DNA of 64,000 bases. It comes from Eimeria praecox (taxonomy: Eukaryota). Numbering within the stretch: the stretch's first letter is position 1; each line of letters starts with the position of its first letter. The position numbers were made by a program, and so were the translations under genes. The DNA lies in the NCBI GenBank assembly GCA_963920595.1, contig OY986949.1, forward strand, positions 5,022,001 to 5,086,000. The letters run 5' to 3'. The notes under the pieces were generated by a model, which saw nothing but the letters and a program-made list of their open reading frames with translations, was not told the origin of the DNA and made no database searches. Positions 1 through 12,607 of this stretch are shown here, in pieces.

Positions 1-1523
1 GGTGGAAAAGTGGCCCACCACTTTTGTTTCCAAGCGTTGGTTCCTGAAATTTCTAGAACCCTTGGCTGCTTCTCCACCCCCCATTTGCATTGCTAACGAC
101 GCCCTAATTGGTGCAGAGGATACTAGCACTTTACACTGCAAGAAGGAGTATAATTATACGTTGCATGCCATACTCATATTTTGTAGGTAGCGAACTGCTC
201 CCAAAAGGAATTCACCCGCTGGATGCAACTACAATCAGCGGCGGATGTTACTCCGCAGGCGGGGTTAACTGAACTCCCTATTTTGCCAATACTTGCAAAG
301 AGGGGCGTGATCTTGCGCAAGCACCAGATTTCTAGTTCTAATATAAAGAACTGGGCCGACAACAGGCAGGTGCCACTCACCACATTCTCAGAACTACGTT
401 TCATTCAGCAGCCTGTCGTGAGCTTGCCACCTACGATTAGTTGAAGAAAAGAAAGGCAGGTTCGAGCCCATGGTCGGAAGTCTGTGCTCACGAAAGCCAC
501 CTGAGGGCTGCATTGGTCCCTAAACAACGCTTGGAAGTGGGCCTCATGGATGAGAGCAACGGCGGAGCAAATTCAGGGATGCCAACTCATATTAACAAGC
601 TGAAGAGAGATAAAGTTAGAGGAGGAAAGAAAAGGTGAGATACTTCAACTGAGAATTCGCACGGATAAGGCAGAGTGTGAGGCACGGTTCAACCGGCATG
701 TCTCCGGCGTAGCGCAAGCCGCATCCGGATCCATGGATCCTTCACCGTGCTTAGGCAAGAGAGAATTCAAAGACAACTAATGGACACGAAAGAGGTAGAA
801 TAGGATGCCAAAGGAAACTTTCAATCGATTTAGTGCTCCATCAGCTACGCAAGCCCACAAACTTAGAGAAGGCGGGCAGCAGCTCACTCGGCGGTCCTTC
901 CGCGTGTGCAGGACGCAGTGGCAGCCAGCTGGCTGTTTTGGGGAGCCATTTCATAGAAAAGACAACAACGTTAGAGAATATAGGAAGGATGCATTGATAT
1001 TTTAATTGCACTACACTGCCGTTAAACTGCATGCGGCGGTCTGTCTGTTCATGCCCGCTCATCCGTTCGATCGCCGGCGCCATTTCGCGCCTGGCCAGTA
1101 CTACTTCTTCAGCTATTCAAAACGCTACATAAACGTCATAATTAAATGAGCTATAATTATCCTCTCTTAACGCATGCACATCATCGTTTTTGTTGGATTT
1201 TTGCCCACTGTCAGGTTGTCGTCCCTCGGCTCCCTGAGTCCAGCAGCCCCGTTGTTGCACGCCTGTTTGTCTTTTCTCTTTTTGGAGGCTTCGCTTGAAT
1301 CGTAATCCGTTTTTTAGTCTTCTTGTTGGCTTTCCAAAAAGGACCTCAGCTTCCACTAGTCCCATCGTGTCCTGTTGGCTTTACGCAGTGTTGCGCACCT
1401 GCACGTCGGCTGCTGCACTCTGTTGCGTCAGTCAAAATCCCGTTTGGTGGAAGTGGTGGCCGCCAGCCTCTTCTTCACCCCTTCGCTTGTAGGCCCTACA
1501 AAGGAGGCGAAACCTGTGTAATC

Positions 1524-2433
1524 ATGGGGTTGCCGCAGCCCCAAGATCGTCTAAGCCAGTCGGAGTTCACGGAGATACATGACGCTTTAGATATCACTGG
1601 TAGCGTCGCCCTCAACGTCCGGCAGCCAGTGGGTGCCCAAACAGCACCTCGTGCGGCCTCTGCTGCTGCTTCTGGCTCGGCAGATGCGGGGCACACAGCC
1701 CAGCCCGACGTACTTAAAACTACGGGGGAACAAAATCCTTCAACGTGTGCAGATGCAAATACTGAAGAAGAACCAAAGCCAACTGGCGAAGTTGGTCCAG
1801 AGACTCAAGAAACAAAGGGGCAGCCAACGGAGAGAAAAGAAGCAGACAAAGAAGGCGGCACGCAGCCTTCAACGCTAGCTGCTACTGCTGCACCTTGTGT
1901 TGCAGCTGTTCCTGCACCCGGTGCTGAAGTTGCGACTTTGCAACAAATATTGAGGACAAAGGACTGTAATTTGGCACTGGTTTCGGATGTAGATGAACAG
2001 CTTTTGCTGAATATCAGCTTCAAGCAGCCCATTAGAGTAAGCTGCATTTTCTCTGTAGCCTGCGCAGCTCTTAAATCCCCGGCGACCGGGCTCACCCACC
2101 GTCGCCGGGGATTTGAACAGTTGATATTCATTCTGTCCATATCTCCCTTTTATTCACGGTACGAACGTCACTTATTTCGATATGTTTCCTTCTTCCTATT
2201 TGCCTGCAGCTCGCGTCTTTCTCCATTCTGGCAACAACTCCCCCCCAGGGCTTCCCTACAGAGGCCGATGCAGAGGATTCGGTTTCGGCCCCCATGGTGG
2301 TCAAGGTGAGGCTGAAGTGTTATTGAACTGTACACTCAGGGGAAAGGCAGCAAACACTTATAAATATGCTTCTACTTATATTACACGAAACCTCAAATTA
2401 CTCTAAAAAGCTCTCTCTCTCTTTCTTCCTCTC

Positions 2434-2485
<52 letters not shown>

Positions 2486-2807
2486 CTAGGTTTTTGCAAC
2501 GACGAACTGCCAGTAGTGCGGCAGGAGTGAGAGAATGTGTGTATTTTCGTTTGTTTCTGCACGTGGTCAGGTTTACTGTAACAAGAGCACTCTAAACTTC
2601 TGCGGGGTGGTGGATGAAGTTTGTGCGTTTTCGGTTTCGCTGAAGCCAGAGGACGTGCTGACTGGCCGCCGTATTGCTTTACCCGGGAGCAAATTTCACA
2701 TGTGTTCATCGGCTCAGTTCTTTATTCAAGAGAATCAAGCGGGAGCTTCTTACACCTTTTTGAATCGATTGGTGTTCTACGGCGTCGCGCATAAACGCTA
2801 CTCGTAG
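1524..2807 (+). CDS. PITH-domain protein (proteasome-interacting thioredoxin C-terminal domain), 3 exons
   Basis: Exons 1524-2036, 2210-2305, 2571-2807, all GT-AG and phase 0. The joined protein has SDVDEQLLLNISFKQPIRL...PMVVKVYCN...KFHMCSSAQFFIQENQAG...FLNRLVFYG, typical of PITH, with a low-complexity insertion in exon 1. Confidence 0.8.
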
Positions 2808-4224
2808 CGGGGCAATGAGCAGGTGTGCGTACACAGTAACAGCGGAAACCTTGGCTGGATGTATCGGGCTCAAGTTCTACTCTTACTTGTGGAGCTTCGC
2901 CCTTGAATTTTGCTTGCACGCCCTTGCGGCCTTTGCATTCCACCCAACACAGGCATTCAACCCCCAGGATGTCTGCAGCTTCATAGAGGTAATTTGGTGA
3001 ACATATTTGGCTCATTTGAACTCATCTTTAGACGGGAAACCCAATCGTAGACTCACATTCAGAACAGCAGAATTGCTCATGGCCTTGGGAGGTCACGTGC
3101 TTGGATTCTTTCACCAGGTAGCACTGACCACCCCTCTTTGTTGCAGAAAAAGGCCCTCCAGCCTCATTTTACCCCAAAGGGAAACTTTGGCTATGTTTAT
3201 TTGTAAGGGGTTACTCATCCTCGCATGCTGACCAGTGCAGTGCTGAGCGCTACGGGTTTCAGGTATAGTCGAACCTTCTGGTTCTCTGGCTCTACGCCCT
3301 GTACTTAATTAGCAGGTAGATGAGGTAGTAGGGTATTATCAGTGAGCTGAAGATGTAGTAACGAACGAAACATTCAAAATCCGCGGGAGGCAGCAACGTT
3401 GGCAGGTCTGCCGTTATGTACGTCGGCAACATAAGAAGGCATAGGGAGGATGTAGAGCGCGAACCCAATAGCCTAAGGGTTTAGATAAAATCCAATTGAA
3501 CATACAATGAGACTGTTGTAATATAATGCTCTATCGAATGGAAGTTGCGAATGCAGCGTCAGACCATCACCATTGCTGCGTGTTAATTGGGGGCGTAGGC
3601 AGCGGGACAAGGCAACCATTCCATTTCAGTGTCAAGGACATTCTTTTTCAGCCTCTTACTGCATACGATGCTTTATGTTTTTCTCGAAAGTGAGTGAAAT
3701 GTGCAGTTCTCACTGAATGCCTCGTAGAGGTGGAGATGGGTGCCGGTGCCTCACATCGAGCCGAAGTCATGTGTCGCACATGGCAGTGGAGGAGGCCTCT
3801 TTGTTGATTAAGGGAAATTGCATTTTTAAATTTTAAAATAAAGTTTGTGTTTTACATTGTAGCACATAAAATTAAAGGTGGAGAATCGCTACTGCTTGTC
3901 TCACTTTAGATCCCGCAGGGTGTAAGAGCGACGGGCCCCAGCCGGAGTCGGCGGCGGGTAGTTGGCGCTCACTTGAACAGCTAATCCATCAGCCTTGATA
4001 GTTTGTTTCCTCTTAATTATTTTCAAAATATATTTTGTTCACCGAATTGGAAGGCAATAAAACGGGCTTCTTCTCCCTGGGCGAGAAGGCGCGCGAGGAT
4101 GTGCAGAGTCCGCGATCACGTCGATGACGGGAATCGGTCCTTCTTTGCTCTGACCTTCTCCTACATTTCCAGGCACAAATGCAGATGCCGTATGCTTGTT
4201 TCATTTGACGATACTCCCTGACTC

Positions 4225-7200
4225 ATGGGGGAGGACATACCCCTGCACACCCATCCTGCTAACGCGGCTCCTCCCCTTCCTGTCTGTGCAGTTAACCCGA
4301 TAAAACAGCAGCACGCAATAGAGCTGCAAACTCCTAAGAGTGGTCATCTGTCCTTGTGGGCAGCTTTGGTCTTTGTTCCCCTTGCACTCCTTTTCTTCTT
4401 TCTCCCCCCCGCTTCTGCCTCCACCTTCCTACCAGCTTCAGCAGATGTCGTGAACGGCCTTCCCCGTGAGTTTTGACTCTTCGCTCCCGTATCCTCTCTG
4501 CATTTTCGTGCGGCGCACCTTTATATATACAAGAATTGCGTGATTACCGCTGCCAGTTAACTCAAGCTTTCGTCCATACACTCATAGAGCAGAGTTGCCT
4601 CGTCCCCTGCTCTGCGTAAAAGTGTCTGCCCTTCAGGCATACAAATGTGACAACGTGGTGCATCAAAAATGCGTGCTCGCTTGTGTTTTTCTTTTGTCTG
4701 TGCGTGCTCTTTCAGGGAGCACTGGGCAGTGGGACAATGGGCGCATTCTTCGCCGCCCCCCAGCAGGGAAGGGGCCTTTATTTTCCTCGCTAAGTGGCAA
4801 CGCAGATCAGGATCGCTCGCTGCGTTTTCTCTTTAGAGGCCAAGGGACCAACGCCCCCCTCATTGCTGCAGCCAGCCTTTCTTCGCTTCCTCTCAATGAA
4901 GATGCTGCAGGTCCACAAGAGCAGCACAGCGGCACGCGAAATGCTGCTGCATCTGCCGCAGCCGGTGACGGAACTTCGTTCACTTCAGCCTTGTCCACGC
5001 AACCGAGCCGCTTAGCGACAATTGCACAGCATGTGGAGCTCTTCGAGAGCTCTAAGGGGACGGAAAGTGCAACCCATAATTTCTCCTTAGCAGATGAAGG
5101 GAAATTTGTCCACAAAGCACAATTCAACACTGTTAGGGCCTCCTCCCCTCTTGCCGTTGCAGACAAATTGGCTGCCGGTGTGTTTGTACAAATGGACTCG
5201 CCTGACGACAAAAAGTCGATCTATCCAGCGCCTGAATTATTGGCAGAAGGCTACGGTATGCTGGTGCTCCCTCCCCCCAAACACCCAACAACTCCAGCTG
5301 CCCAGCCTTCACAACAGACCCCTCCCCAGCAGCCCCCCGCAGGCACTTCCCAGCAAAGCACAGACGCGCGTGCTCAGGCGCAAGCAGTGACGGCAACGGA
5401 CTACAGCCCAGGGGACTACAAGCCCGAAGTGCCCCCAGAGGCTGCCTCAGGCAACCCCAATATGAGCCCCTCCTCCGTAGATGAAGGCGACGCGGACCTC
5501 GAGGAAGAAGGCGCAGTGGGGGGAGTGGACCCATTTGAAACTGCCAATGCAGGGATGAATGGCGCAAGCAGCATGGGGTATTCCGATATGGGCTACTTGC
5601 CAGGCGGGTATATGGACCCAGCAGCTGTTCCTCCAGGAATGGGGCATTCACTCCCCATGGGGGGCTACGGGATGGGGTATGGCAGCAGTTACGGGATGGG
5701 GCCTTCTTACTACGATCCTTACGGAACCTCTGCAATGTATGGAGGCGCCGGTCTCTATGGAAGCTCTGGAATGTATGGGGGATACGGAGGCTATGGAGGA
5801 TATGGGGGATATGGAGGATATGGTGGATATGGAGGTTCAAGTACCTACGACGAGCACTACAATGACTACGCGAAGAAGTATGCAAAGGAGGCAGCCAAGG
5901 AAGAAGCAAAGCGAAGAAAAGAACAAGAAGAGAAAGAGAGGAAACGGGAGGAGAAAGAGGCAAAGAAGGCGGAAAAGGAAGAGAAAAAGAAAGAAAAAGA
6001 GGAAAAAAAGGCAGAAAAGGAAGCAAAGAAGTCAGAGAAGGAGGCAAAACAAAAAGATGAGCAGAAGGCGCAGAAAGAAGGAGCCAAATCCAAAGACAAA
6101 CAAGGGAAGGCCGAGGGCAAAGGCGCAAGCAAAGAGGGAGGGGGAGGGAAAGGCAAAGAAAAATCCGAGAAAAAAGACAAATCAGGGGGAGGTAAGGAAA
6201 ATAAGGAGAAAACAGATAAAAAAGGGGGTGCGAAGGGGGGTGACGGAAAGGCAGAGACAAAGGGAAACAAGAAGGAAAAGGGCGACAAAGGAGCAAATGG
6301 CAAGGCGTCTGGGAAAGAGTCAAAAGCCGGAGAGAAAGACAAAGGAGATAAAAAGGGGCAGCAAGCGGCCGCCGGCAAAGGGGAGAAGAAAGCAAACAAA
6401 GCAGAAAATAAAGCTGAAGGTAAGGCAGCAAAGGGAGACAAAGCTGCAGGGAAAGACAAAGCGGCAAACAAGGCGGCGGAGAAGCAGAAGACAGCAGATA
6501 AGACAACGGGAAAAGGAACAGAAAAGAAAGGAGAAAAGGCACAAGCAAAGGGGAAGGAAAAGGAAAATGCAGCAGGGAAGGGAAAGAACGCAGATAAGGC
6601 AGCAGCGAAGGAAGGGAAAGCCGATAAGGCAGCAGCAAAGGAGGGGAAAGCGGGTAAGGCGGCAGCGAAGGAAGGGAAAGCCGATAAGGCAGCAGCAAAG
6701 GAGGGGAAAGCAGATAAGGCAGCAGCAAAGGAAGGGAAAACAGATAAGGCAACGGGAAAACAAAATAAGGCAGAAAAGGGAGCGGCAAAGCAGGGGAAAG
6801 CAGATAAGGCGGCAGGAAAAGAAAAGAAGGCGGAAAAGGCAGGAGCTACATCAACAAAGGAGAAAAAAGCAGATACGGCAGCAGGAAAACAGGAGAAGAA
6901 AACGGAGAAAGCGTCAGCAAAAGACGGGAAAGCAGATAAGGCAGCAACAAAGGGAAAGACAAACGATAAGGCAGCAGCAAAGGAGAAGACACCCGACAAA
7001 GCAGGAGCAAAGGGAAAGGCAACTGATAAGGCAGCAGCAAAGGACAAAGCAGCAGATAAGGGGGCAGCAAAGGGAAAAGCCAAGGCAGCGGATAAGGCGG
7101 CAGGAAAACAAGAAAAGAAAGCAGGCAAGGCAGCAGCAAAGGAGAAGACTACAGGGGCGAGTGGGGGGAAGAAGACAGAAAAAGGAGCAGCAAAATCAGA

Positions 7201-7537
7201 AAAGAAAAAGGAAAAGGCAGGAGGCCAGGACAAAGCAAACAAAGCCAACAAAAAAGATAAAGCAGCAGCAAAAAAAGAGAAGGCAGCAACGAAGAAGAAG
7301 GAGAAGGGGGCTAAAAAGCCGAATACTGCTACCAACAAGCCCAGTAAGAAAGGCGCCCAGAAAAAAGCAAAGCAGAGTAAAGCAACAAAGAAGAAAACAA
7401 AAGCAAAGGCAAACAATAGAACCAAGAAGAGAGGAAATAGAACAAACAGGAGGAGTGCCAGAAGGGGTGGGAGGAGAAGAGGAAGAAGCGGAGCACAGAG
7501 AAGGCCAGCGCGGGCAGGAAGGAGAAGAAGAAGGTAG
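4225..7537 (+). CDS. Putative secreted low-complexity protein of about 1020 aa: recessed signal peptide, Gly/Tyr/Met-rich block, long Lys/Ala/Glu repeat region, Arg-rich tail; 2 exons
   Basis: Exon 1 4225-4465 (C|GTGAGT) joins in phase 1 to exon 2 4716-7537 (TTTCAG|GG). Hydrophobic LSLWAALVFVPLALLFFFLPPASA, (GYG)n, ADKAAAKEGK repeats, ends RRPARAGRRRRR. Confidence 0.75.
5777..5834 (+). repeat. Coding 9-bp tandem repeat encoding (GGY)n, about 6 units
   Basis: GGA/GGG GGA TAT-type units, translated YGGYGGYGGYGGYGGYGGYGG. Confidence 0.85.
6590..6750 (+). repeat. Coding 30-bp tandem repeat (ADKAAAKEGK) x about 5, with degenerate copies out to about 7140
   Basis: gcagataaggcagcagc(g/a)aagga(a/g)gggaaa units. 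Confidence 0.85.
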
Positions 7538-8621
7538 ACATGTGTACAGCAACAACTCCTTAAGATACAGGGAGCAGTACGTGGGAAATATCTACTACTG
7601 AACGTAGAAAAGAAAGCATAATGCAGACAAAGTGAATCCTACAAAGAGGAATATTCACAAACAGACAAATATGCTTTAAAGTCTTTTTTGTACAGCCATT
7701 TTGGGCGACTCATGATATCGCCTTTTAAACATTTATTCTTTTTTTTTCAAATGTTTTGCTGAACACCGCGTAACAAGTAAACAAATAGATATTTATATAC
7801 TTGCTTATTCATCTTTGTTTGTCTGCCAACTTTTCAAACAAGTATAAATGAAACTCATTTCAATAGCACACACGTAACACGTAGCACGTAAAACTTGGGG
7901 GTCCTCTCCTGTCTTTAGTTTTAGCCCTCTTCATAATTTCAAGACGCTCCATAAAAAACGAATTTTCTAATATTCCTTGAGGCAGTAAGGCACAATGTAT
8001 GTATCTATCTGTAGCTATCTATCTATGCATCTATATCTATACTTATGTCTATACTATATTTAGGCATCTATATATATCTATCTATAGTTATATCTATGCC
8101 TATACCTATTAACTATATCTATATTATTTCATCTAGTTCTATATCTGTATTTAAATTTATATCATATCTACATCTGTGTATCTATATATACATACATATT
8201 TTAGAAATGTTTTACTACATGCATATCTATATCTATATAGATATTTATATCGATATACAGATATTTTTATAGAAATAGAAATAGATATAGATGCACATAT
8301 AGAAGTAAATATATTTATACAGATATAGATATACGGGTCCTAATAGCATTTCTTCTTGCAGAGAAAACTGCTAGAAGATGCTTGCTGTCTTAAAAAGAGC
8401 AAGCTAACTGCGCAAATGCAGAAGGATAAAAAAAGATTCTGACTAGCTGGTCGTACACCTCAGCGCAAGTGCGGCTTTCCCGGGTTTCGTTCCCATCTCT
8501 GGTTCCTGTTGAATTCGCATTTTTGCAAAATACGAAAACAGACAATCAGCGGCATCCAATGGCCTATTCCTGCTGCCATGAAAGGAAAATTGCACAGCAA
8601 GTTTGGGTGTTGGGGACGTCT

Positions 8622-9524
8622 TCATTGTCCAAAGCCCTCGGCACGCATTTTAAGCTCGTCCTCTTTGTTATAAAACCAAACTGTAGCTGCTGCTCCCACC
8701 ACGAGACCCACAGTAACTGTTATTGGCTGCCAATATTTCCTTCCTTTTTGCCAGTTGTGTCTTTTTTCCTCCCTCGAAATCCACTTGCATACTCTAGGCA
8801 AGTCTTTACGCTTCCTTGCGTAGAGTCCGTTACCCATGTAGCTGCTGCAGTCTGTCTTTAAGCCGAAGGCTTGTAGTTCCCTTTCATATTCTTCCCAGGC
8901 TTCTGCTGCTGCCTTGTCGTCTGCTGCTGCCTCCCACTCAGCAGACGCTTTTCGTTTATTTTCGGGCTTTCGCTTTTCGCTGTCAGCCTGCTCCGCTGCA
9001 ACCCTGCTTTGGAAGAGAGCAAGCATTTCCTGCTGGTAAGCGGCTGCCTGCCCCCATCCAGCCCCTTCCTGCTGCCTTGCGCGCTCTGCATTGGCCCAGA
9101 AGGCGGCTCTCTCCTTTTGTTGTCTTTCCCATTCCTGTCGTATCATCGCCTCCTTGGCAGAGTTAGTCTGTTTTTCTGGCGGAGGCCAGAAGATCATGGG
9201 TCCCTCGGCTGGCCTGTCTATGCGCCGCTTCTGCCTCTGGAGCTGTACTGCCTTTTCATACGCCCTTCTCACTTCAATGAATTCACGTGATCTTGAATCC
9301 CCTTCAGAACGAGCTGCATCGGGGTGAAACTGCTTTGCAAGTTGGAGATAACGTAGCCGCAGATCATCAGCGGATGCGTCAGGGGGCAGCCCCAACACAG
9401 CGAAGGGGCACTCTCCGTTGGGCTTGTTGTATGCAGAGACAAAACGAGCAAAAGAAGGGGAAAGAAATCTTGTTAAAGTGAAAGGAGAGACAGGAGGCAG
9501 CAAAGAAGTGAGCAGCCGCTGCAT
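8622..9524 (-). CDS. DnaJ (J-domain) protein with C-terminal transmembrane helix, possibly mitochondrial
   Basis: Single ORF: PFAVLGL...LRLRYLQLAKQFHPD...FIEVRRAYE (J-domain with HPD), C-terminal ITVTVGLVVGAAATVWFY, and an N-terminus rich in R/S/F/L with no acidic residues. Confidence 0.85.
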   Translation of the reverse strand: MQRLLTSLLPPVSPFTLTRFLSPSFARFVSAYNKPNGECPFAVLGLPPDASADDLRLRYLQLAKQFHPDAARSEGDSRSREFIEVRRAYEKAVQLQRQKRRIDRPAEGPMIFWPPPEKQTNSAKEAMIRQEWERQQKERAAFWANAERARQQEGAGWGQAAAYQQEMLALFQSRVAAEQADSEKRKPENKRKASAEWEAAADDKAAAEAWEEYERELQAFGLKTDCSSYMGNGLYARKRKDLPRVCKWISREEKRHNWQKGRKYWQPITVTVGLVVGAAATVWFYNKEDELKMRAEGFGQ

Positions 9525-10757
9525 CGCTTCCTAAAGCCAGCAAGCACAGGAAAACAGGGGAAACTGCTGGCGAAGAAGCGAATTAGATTTACTTCATTTC
9601 TGCAGCAGAGACACCCATTGATATTCATCTTCGTAAGGCAAGAAGAGCATTTCCTGGGGGAAAAGCGAGTGAATGCAATAATGGGACACCGGCGCTGTAG
9701 TAATTGTAAGTGCAGCAAAGAAGTTAAACTTTCTCAGCGCCCGGCTCGCTCCCTCCCATTCCTTCGGATGTCCGCACCCCTAGGTGGCGGAGAAGCTCAT
9801 ATTTTATCAGCTGGGGCCAAACGGGACTAGCATCTGGGAAACATTAAAATGGGTCTCCTAGGACACATCCACACGCCCTAGAAAGCCGCTGATGGACAGC
9901 TAGATGCCTGTACGGCTAAATCAGTATTGGAAATAAAGGTTTCATTAAATTCCCAAAGAATTACATTTGTGCATATTAAATGTATTTGCGTATATAGTTG
10001 TATTTATCTGACGGCTTAGCGTGTTGCTACGTGTCGTTTGACTGTTGAGCTTGAGCGAGAGCTGGCAGTCAACCGTTCGCTTGTAGAGGAAGGATGTTAT
10101 AAATGTTTCGAGTTCTCCCTACCACTAATATAAGTAGATTTACATAAATAATAAAATTTACCCCGAGTTTCACTAAAAGCTGAGCACCGCCGCCTCCGTT
10201 GCATTTGACTGGACTGGCTGCTGGCTACCGTGGGGCTGAAGGCCTCATACGCGCATGCATTTGGGTTGTTCTTCGCTGAAGCCTCTTCTGGCATTTGTTT
10301 GTTAATCTGTTTGATGTATTTGAACTGCAGAGGAAGCAGATCGTCTAAATGGCTGTGCCTGGATGAGGACCCTCCCCTCCGCCTTCTCTTCACCCACTCC
10401 TTGTGGATTTCGAGCCTGTCGTTTCTAATTTTTTGCTGATTGTTTGCGTCGAATATCTTTGAAATATCCTCTGGTTTCAATTATATCCCCAGACGGCAGC
10501 TAGGTACCTTGCCGCGAGAAGCCCGCTCCTGGCTCTTCACTGCCGTGCTTCCCCTCCATTTATCCCGGGGCAGCAACGCGAATTGAATAAATACACCTAA
10601 AAGATTGGACAGGTCACAAAATCCCAACACGGCAGCCACAGCATTTTTCTTATCAGTAGTGCCGCTCCACCGGCAAATAGACGCAGCGCATGCAACAACG
10701 GCTATCCAGGAGCAGTAAAGGGCGGACATTAGAATAAATCATACCGGAGCCGCCAAA

Positions 10758-12607
10758 ATGCACTTTGTCAAGTCCTCCGTGTACCAGGCGGAGATTACAG
10801 AGGGAGGAGTCCGTGAGCGCGAAGTGGACACCCGTTCTAGAGAAGAAGTCGAACTCCAAGAACGCCTTAGAAGGCTCCCCGAATTCAGCCGCAGTGAGCT
10901 TTCCTTACAGCTAGGGGTCAGCTAGCTACTGGCTAGCTGCTCGCTAGGATTATCCTTATCTTGGGGTGTTTGCCGAAGAGCGTGTTGTTACATTTTCTCG
11001 TCAAGTTAGAGAGGCCCTCTTGGTGCCTTAGTGACCATCTGCTGACTCCCCAGCTAGCGACCAGCTAGCTACTGGTCAGCTGCTCGCTAGCTAAGTATTT
11101 GCCGAAGGATGTATCGCTACATTTTCTCCTCAAGCTAAGGATACCCCCTTGTTCACCTGGTGGCCGTCCGCTGCATGCGTGGCTGCCGTCTGCATCGTGG
11201 GTTGTCTTCCTATGTCTGCTTTGCTCTCCTTGTGCAGATCCGAATTTCAAGAGGTGCGTCTTTGTACTGTTTCTCCGCGGGGTGGAAAGATCAGAAGGTT
11301 TGACTGTTACGGAGTTGAAAGCCATTACACCCCCGTGATGAACACCACCCAAATTGTGTGTCCATTGCATGGTGCCTGGTGCCTTGTTGGTACTAGGGAA
11401 CAGAAATATTTCTTGTTAGCTGCTCATCTAAATTAGAAACGCTTTCTTTTCTCTGTTTTGTCGTTTAACTGTACAGCTATGCAGAACAGGTCCTCGAGGG
11501 TCTGCCTCCCACCACACCTGAGCCGCCGCCGCCTACGGAAGGCAAACCGAATCCTAACCTCCCTCATTCGGTGTGTCTGGCGAATATATGTTTATGCTGT
11601 TTGCCGTATTGCCCCCTCATCAATATATATTATTGTTCCTGTTTCAAGTAATTGGCTGCCCCAGCTGCGTGCACACCGCAGGTGACAGAAGAAGAATTTG
11701 AATTCTATGAGGCTCTACGGGCTCAAGATCGCCGAAAGAAGCTGGCGCGGCAGAAAGAGGAAGATGCCATGCGCGATGAGTTTCAAAAGGCGAGAGAAGC
11801 CTCTCTGAAGGCATCGTCTGCTTCATCTAGCCAGACGCACCGCAGTACAGAGTCGGAAAGCAGCCTCTCATCGGGGGGAAAGCCTTCTCCCTTTTCCATT
11901 TTGGGTATTCAGAAGCAGCGATCAAAAATGTCATCGCCGTTTGAAAGTGAATGCATCTTCGACATCACGACGAAGGCATTCAAAGAAAAGCAAAAAAAGA
12001 GAGCTCTTCATGTGAGCCCGAGCGCATACACCGTAGTAGCACTTGGACCCGGCTATCACTTATGAAGGGGGGAAGAGCCTTCTATGTTAGAGGAATTCTC
12101 TTCTTAAATGTAGTTTGTTCCTACGTTGCGTTCTACGTTGCGTTTTGTCTACTCTTGTCTTCCTCTGCTGTTGGTGATGATGCCGGAAATTCGCTTATGC
12201 AGTGGTATTGTGGCTGTTGATTTTGTCAAGCCATTTGCTTATTCCTCGCCTTCGCATTTCCTGCTGCACCGGAGAGGCTGAAGCGCCGTAACGCTTGTTA
12301 TAGGAAGGCCAGTCCTGTTAGCCTGCCTATCTCGCTGTCTGTATGCTGTTCTAAGGCTCTTCCTTCGCTTAATCTCATTATTAAGAAGCCAAAGCCCGAT
12401 GAAGCTGCGGCAAGTCCCACAGTGGACAAGGCAAAAGGTTCCGGGGATGCTGAGACAGGAAACGACTCAGCAGCGAGCGGTTGCAGCCCGAAGGACACGA
12501 AATCGACCAACAGTACGCCGGCCGAGTCCAAAGACGAAGACCAAAATGTATTCGCCTCCCTTTGTGAGGCCTACGGGGACAGCGATGGCTCCGATGGCTC
12601 CGGATGA
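10758..12607 (+). CDS. FAM192A/PSME3IP1/Fyv6-like (NIP30 family) nuclear protein, 5 exons including a 16-nt microexon
   Basis: gccaaaATG at 10758. Exons 10758-10893, 11238-11253, 11477-11570, 11682-12011, 12356-12607 are phase-consistent. MHFVKS...NPNFKSYAEQ...EEEFEFYEALRAQDRRKK...EEDAMRDEF and C-terminal SLCEAYGDSD resemble this family. The gene model is stronger than the family call. Confidence 0.6.
10921..11143. repeat. Degenerate direct repeat, 2 copies of about 80-90 bp, in intron 1 of the FAM192A-like gene
   Basis: gctagctactggctagctgctcgctag...tttgccgaagagcgtgttgttacattttctcgtcaagtta (10921) versus gctagctactggtcagctgctcgctag...tttgccgaaggatgtatcgctacattttctcctcaagcta (11064). Confidence 0.8.

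Noticed and set aside
727..740. 14-bp palindrome GGATCCATGGATCC
   Set aside because: Single copy; a palindrome of this length is expected by chance in 64 kb.
1323..1523. TTG-initiated N-terminal extension of the PITH ORF (and other TTG/GTG starts in the ORF track)
   Set aside because: Bacterial-style start calls do not apply here; the first suitable ATG is at 1524.
5133..7601. Long overlapping and antisense ORFs (680, 551, 519 aa)
   Set aside because: By-products of the T-poor, purine-rich repeat coding sequence, which lacks stops in other frames.
10097..10729. Minus-strand ORFs between the DnaJ and FAM192A-like genes
   Set aside because: No recognisable motif or convincing splice structure; probably promoter or UTR of the divergent pair.
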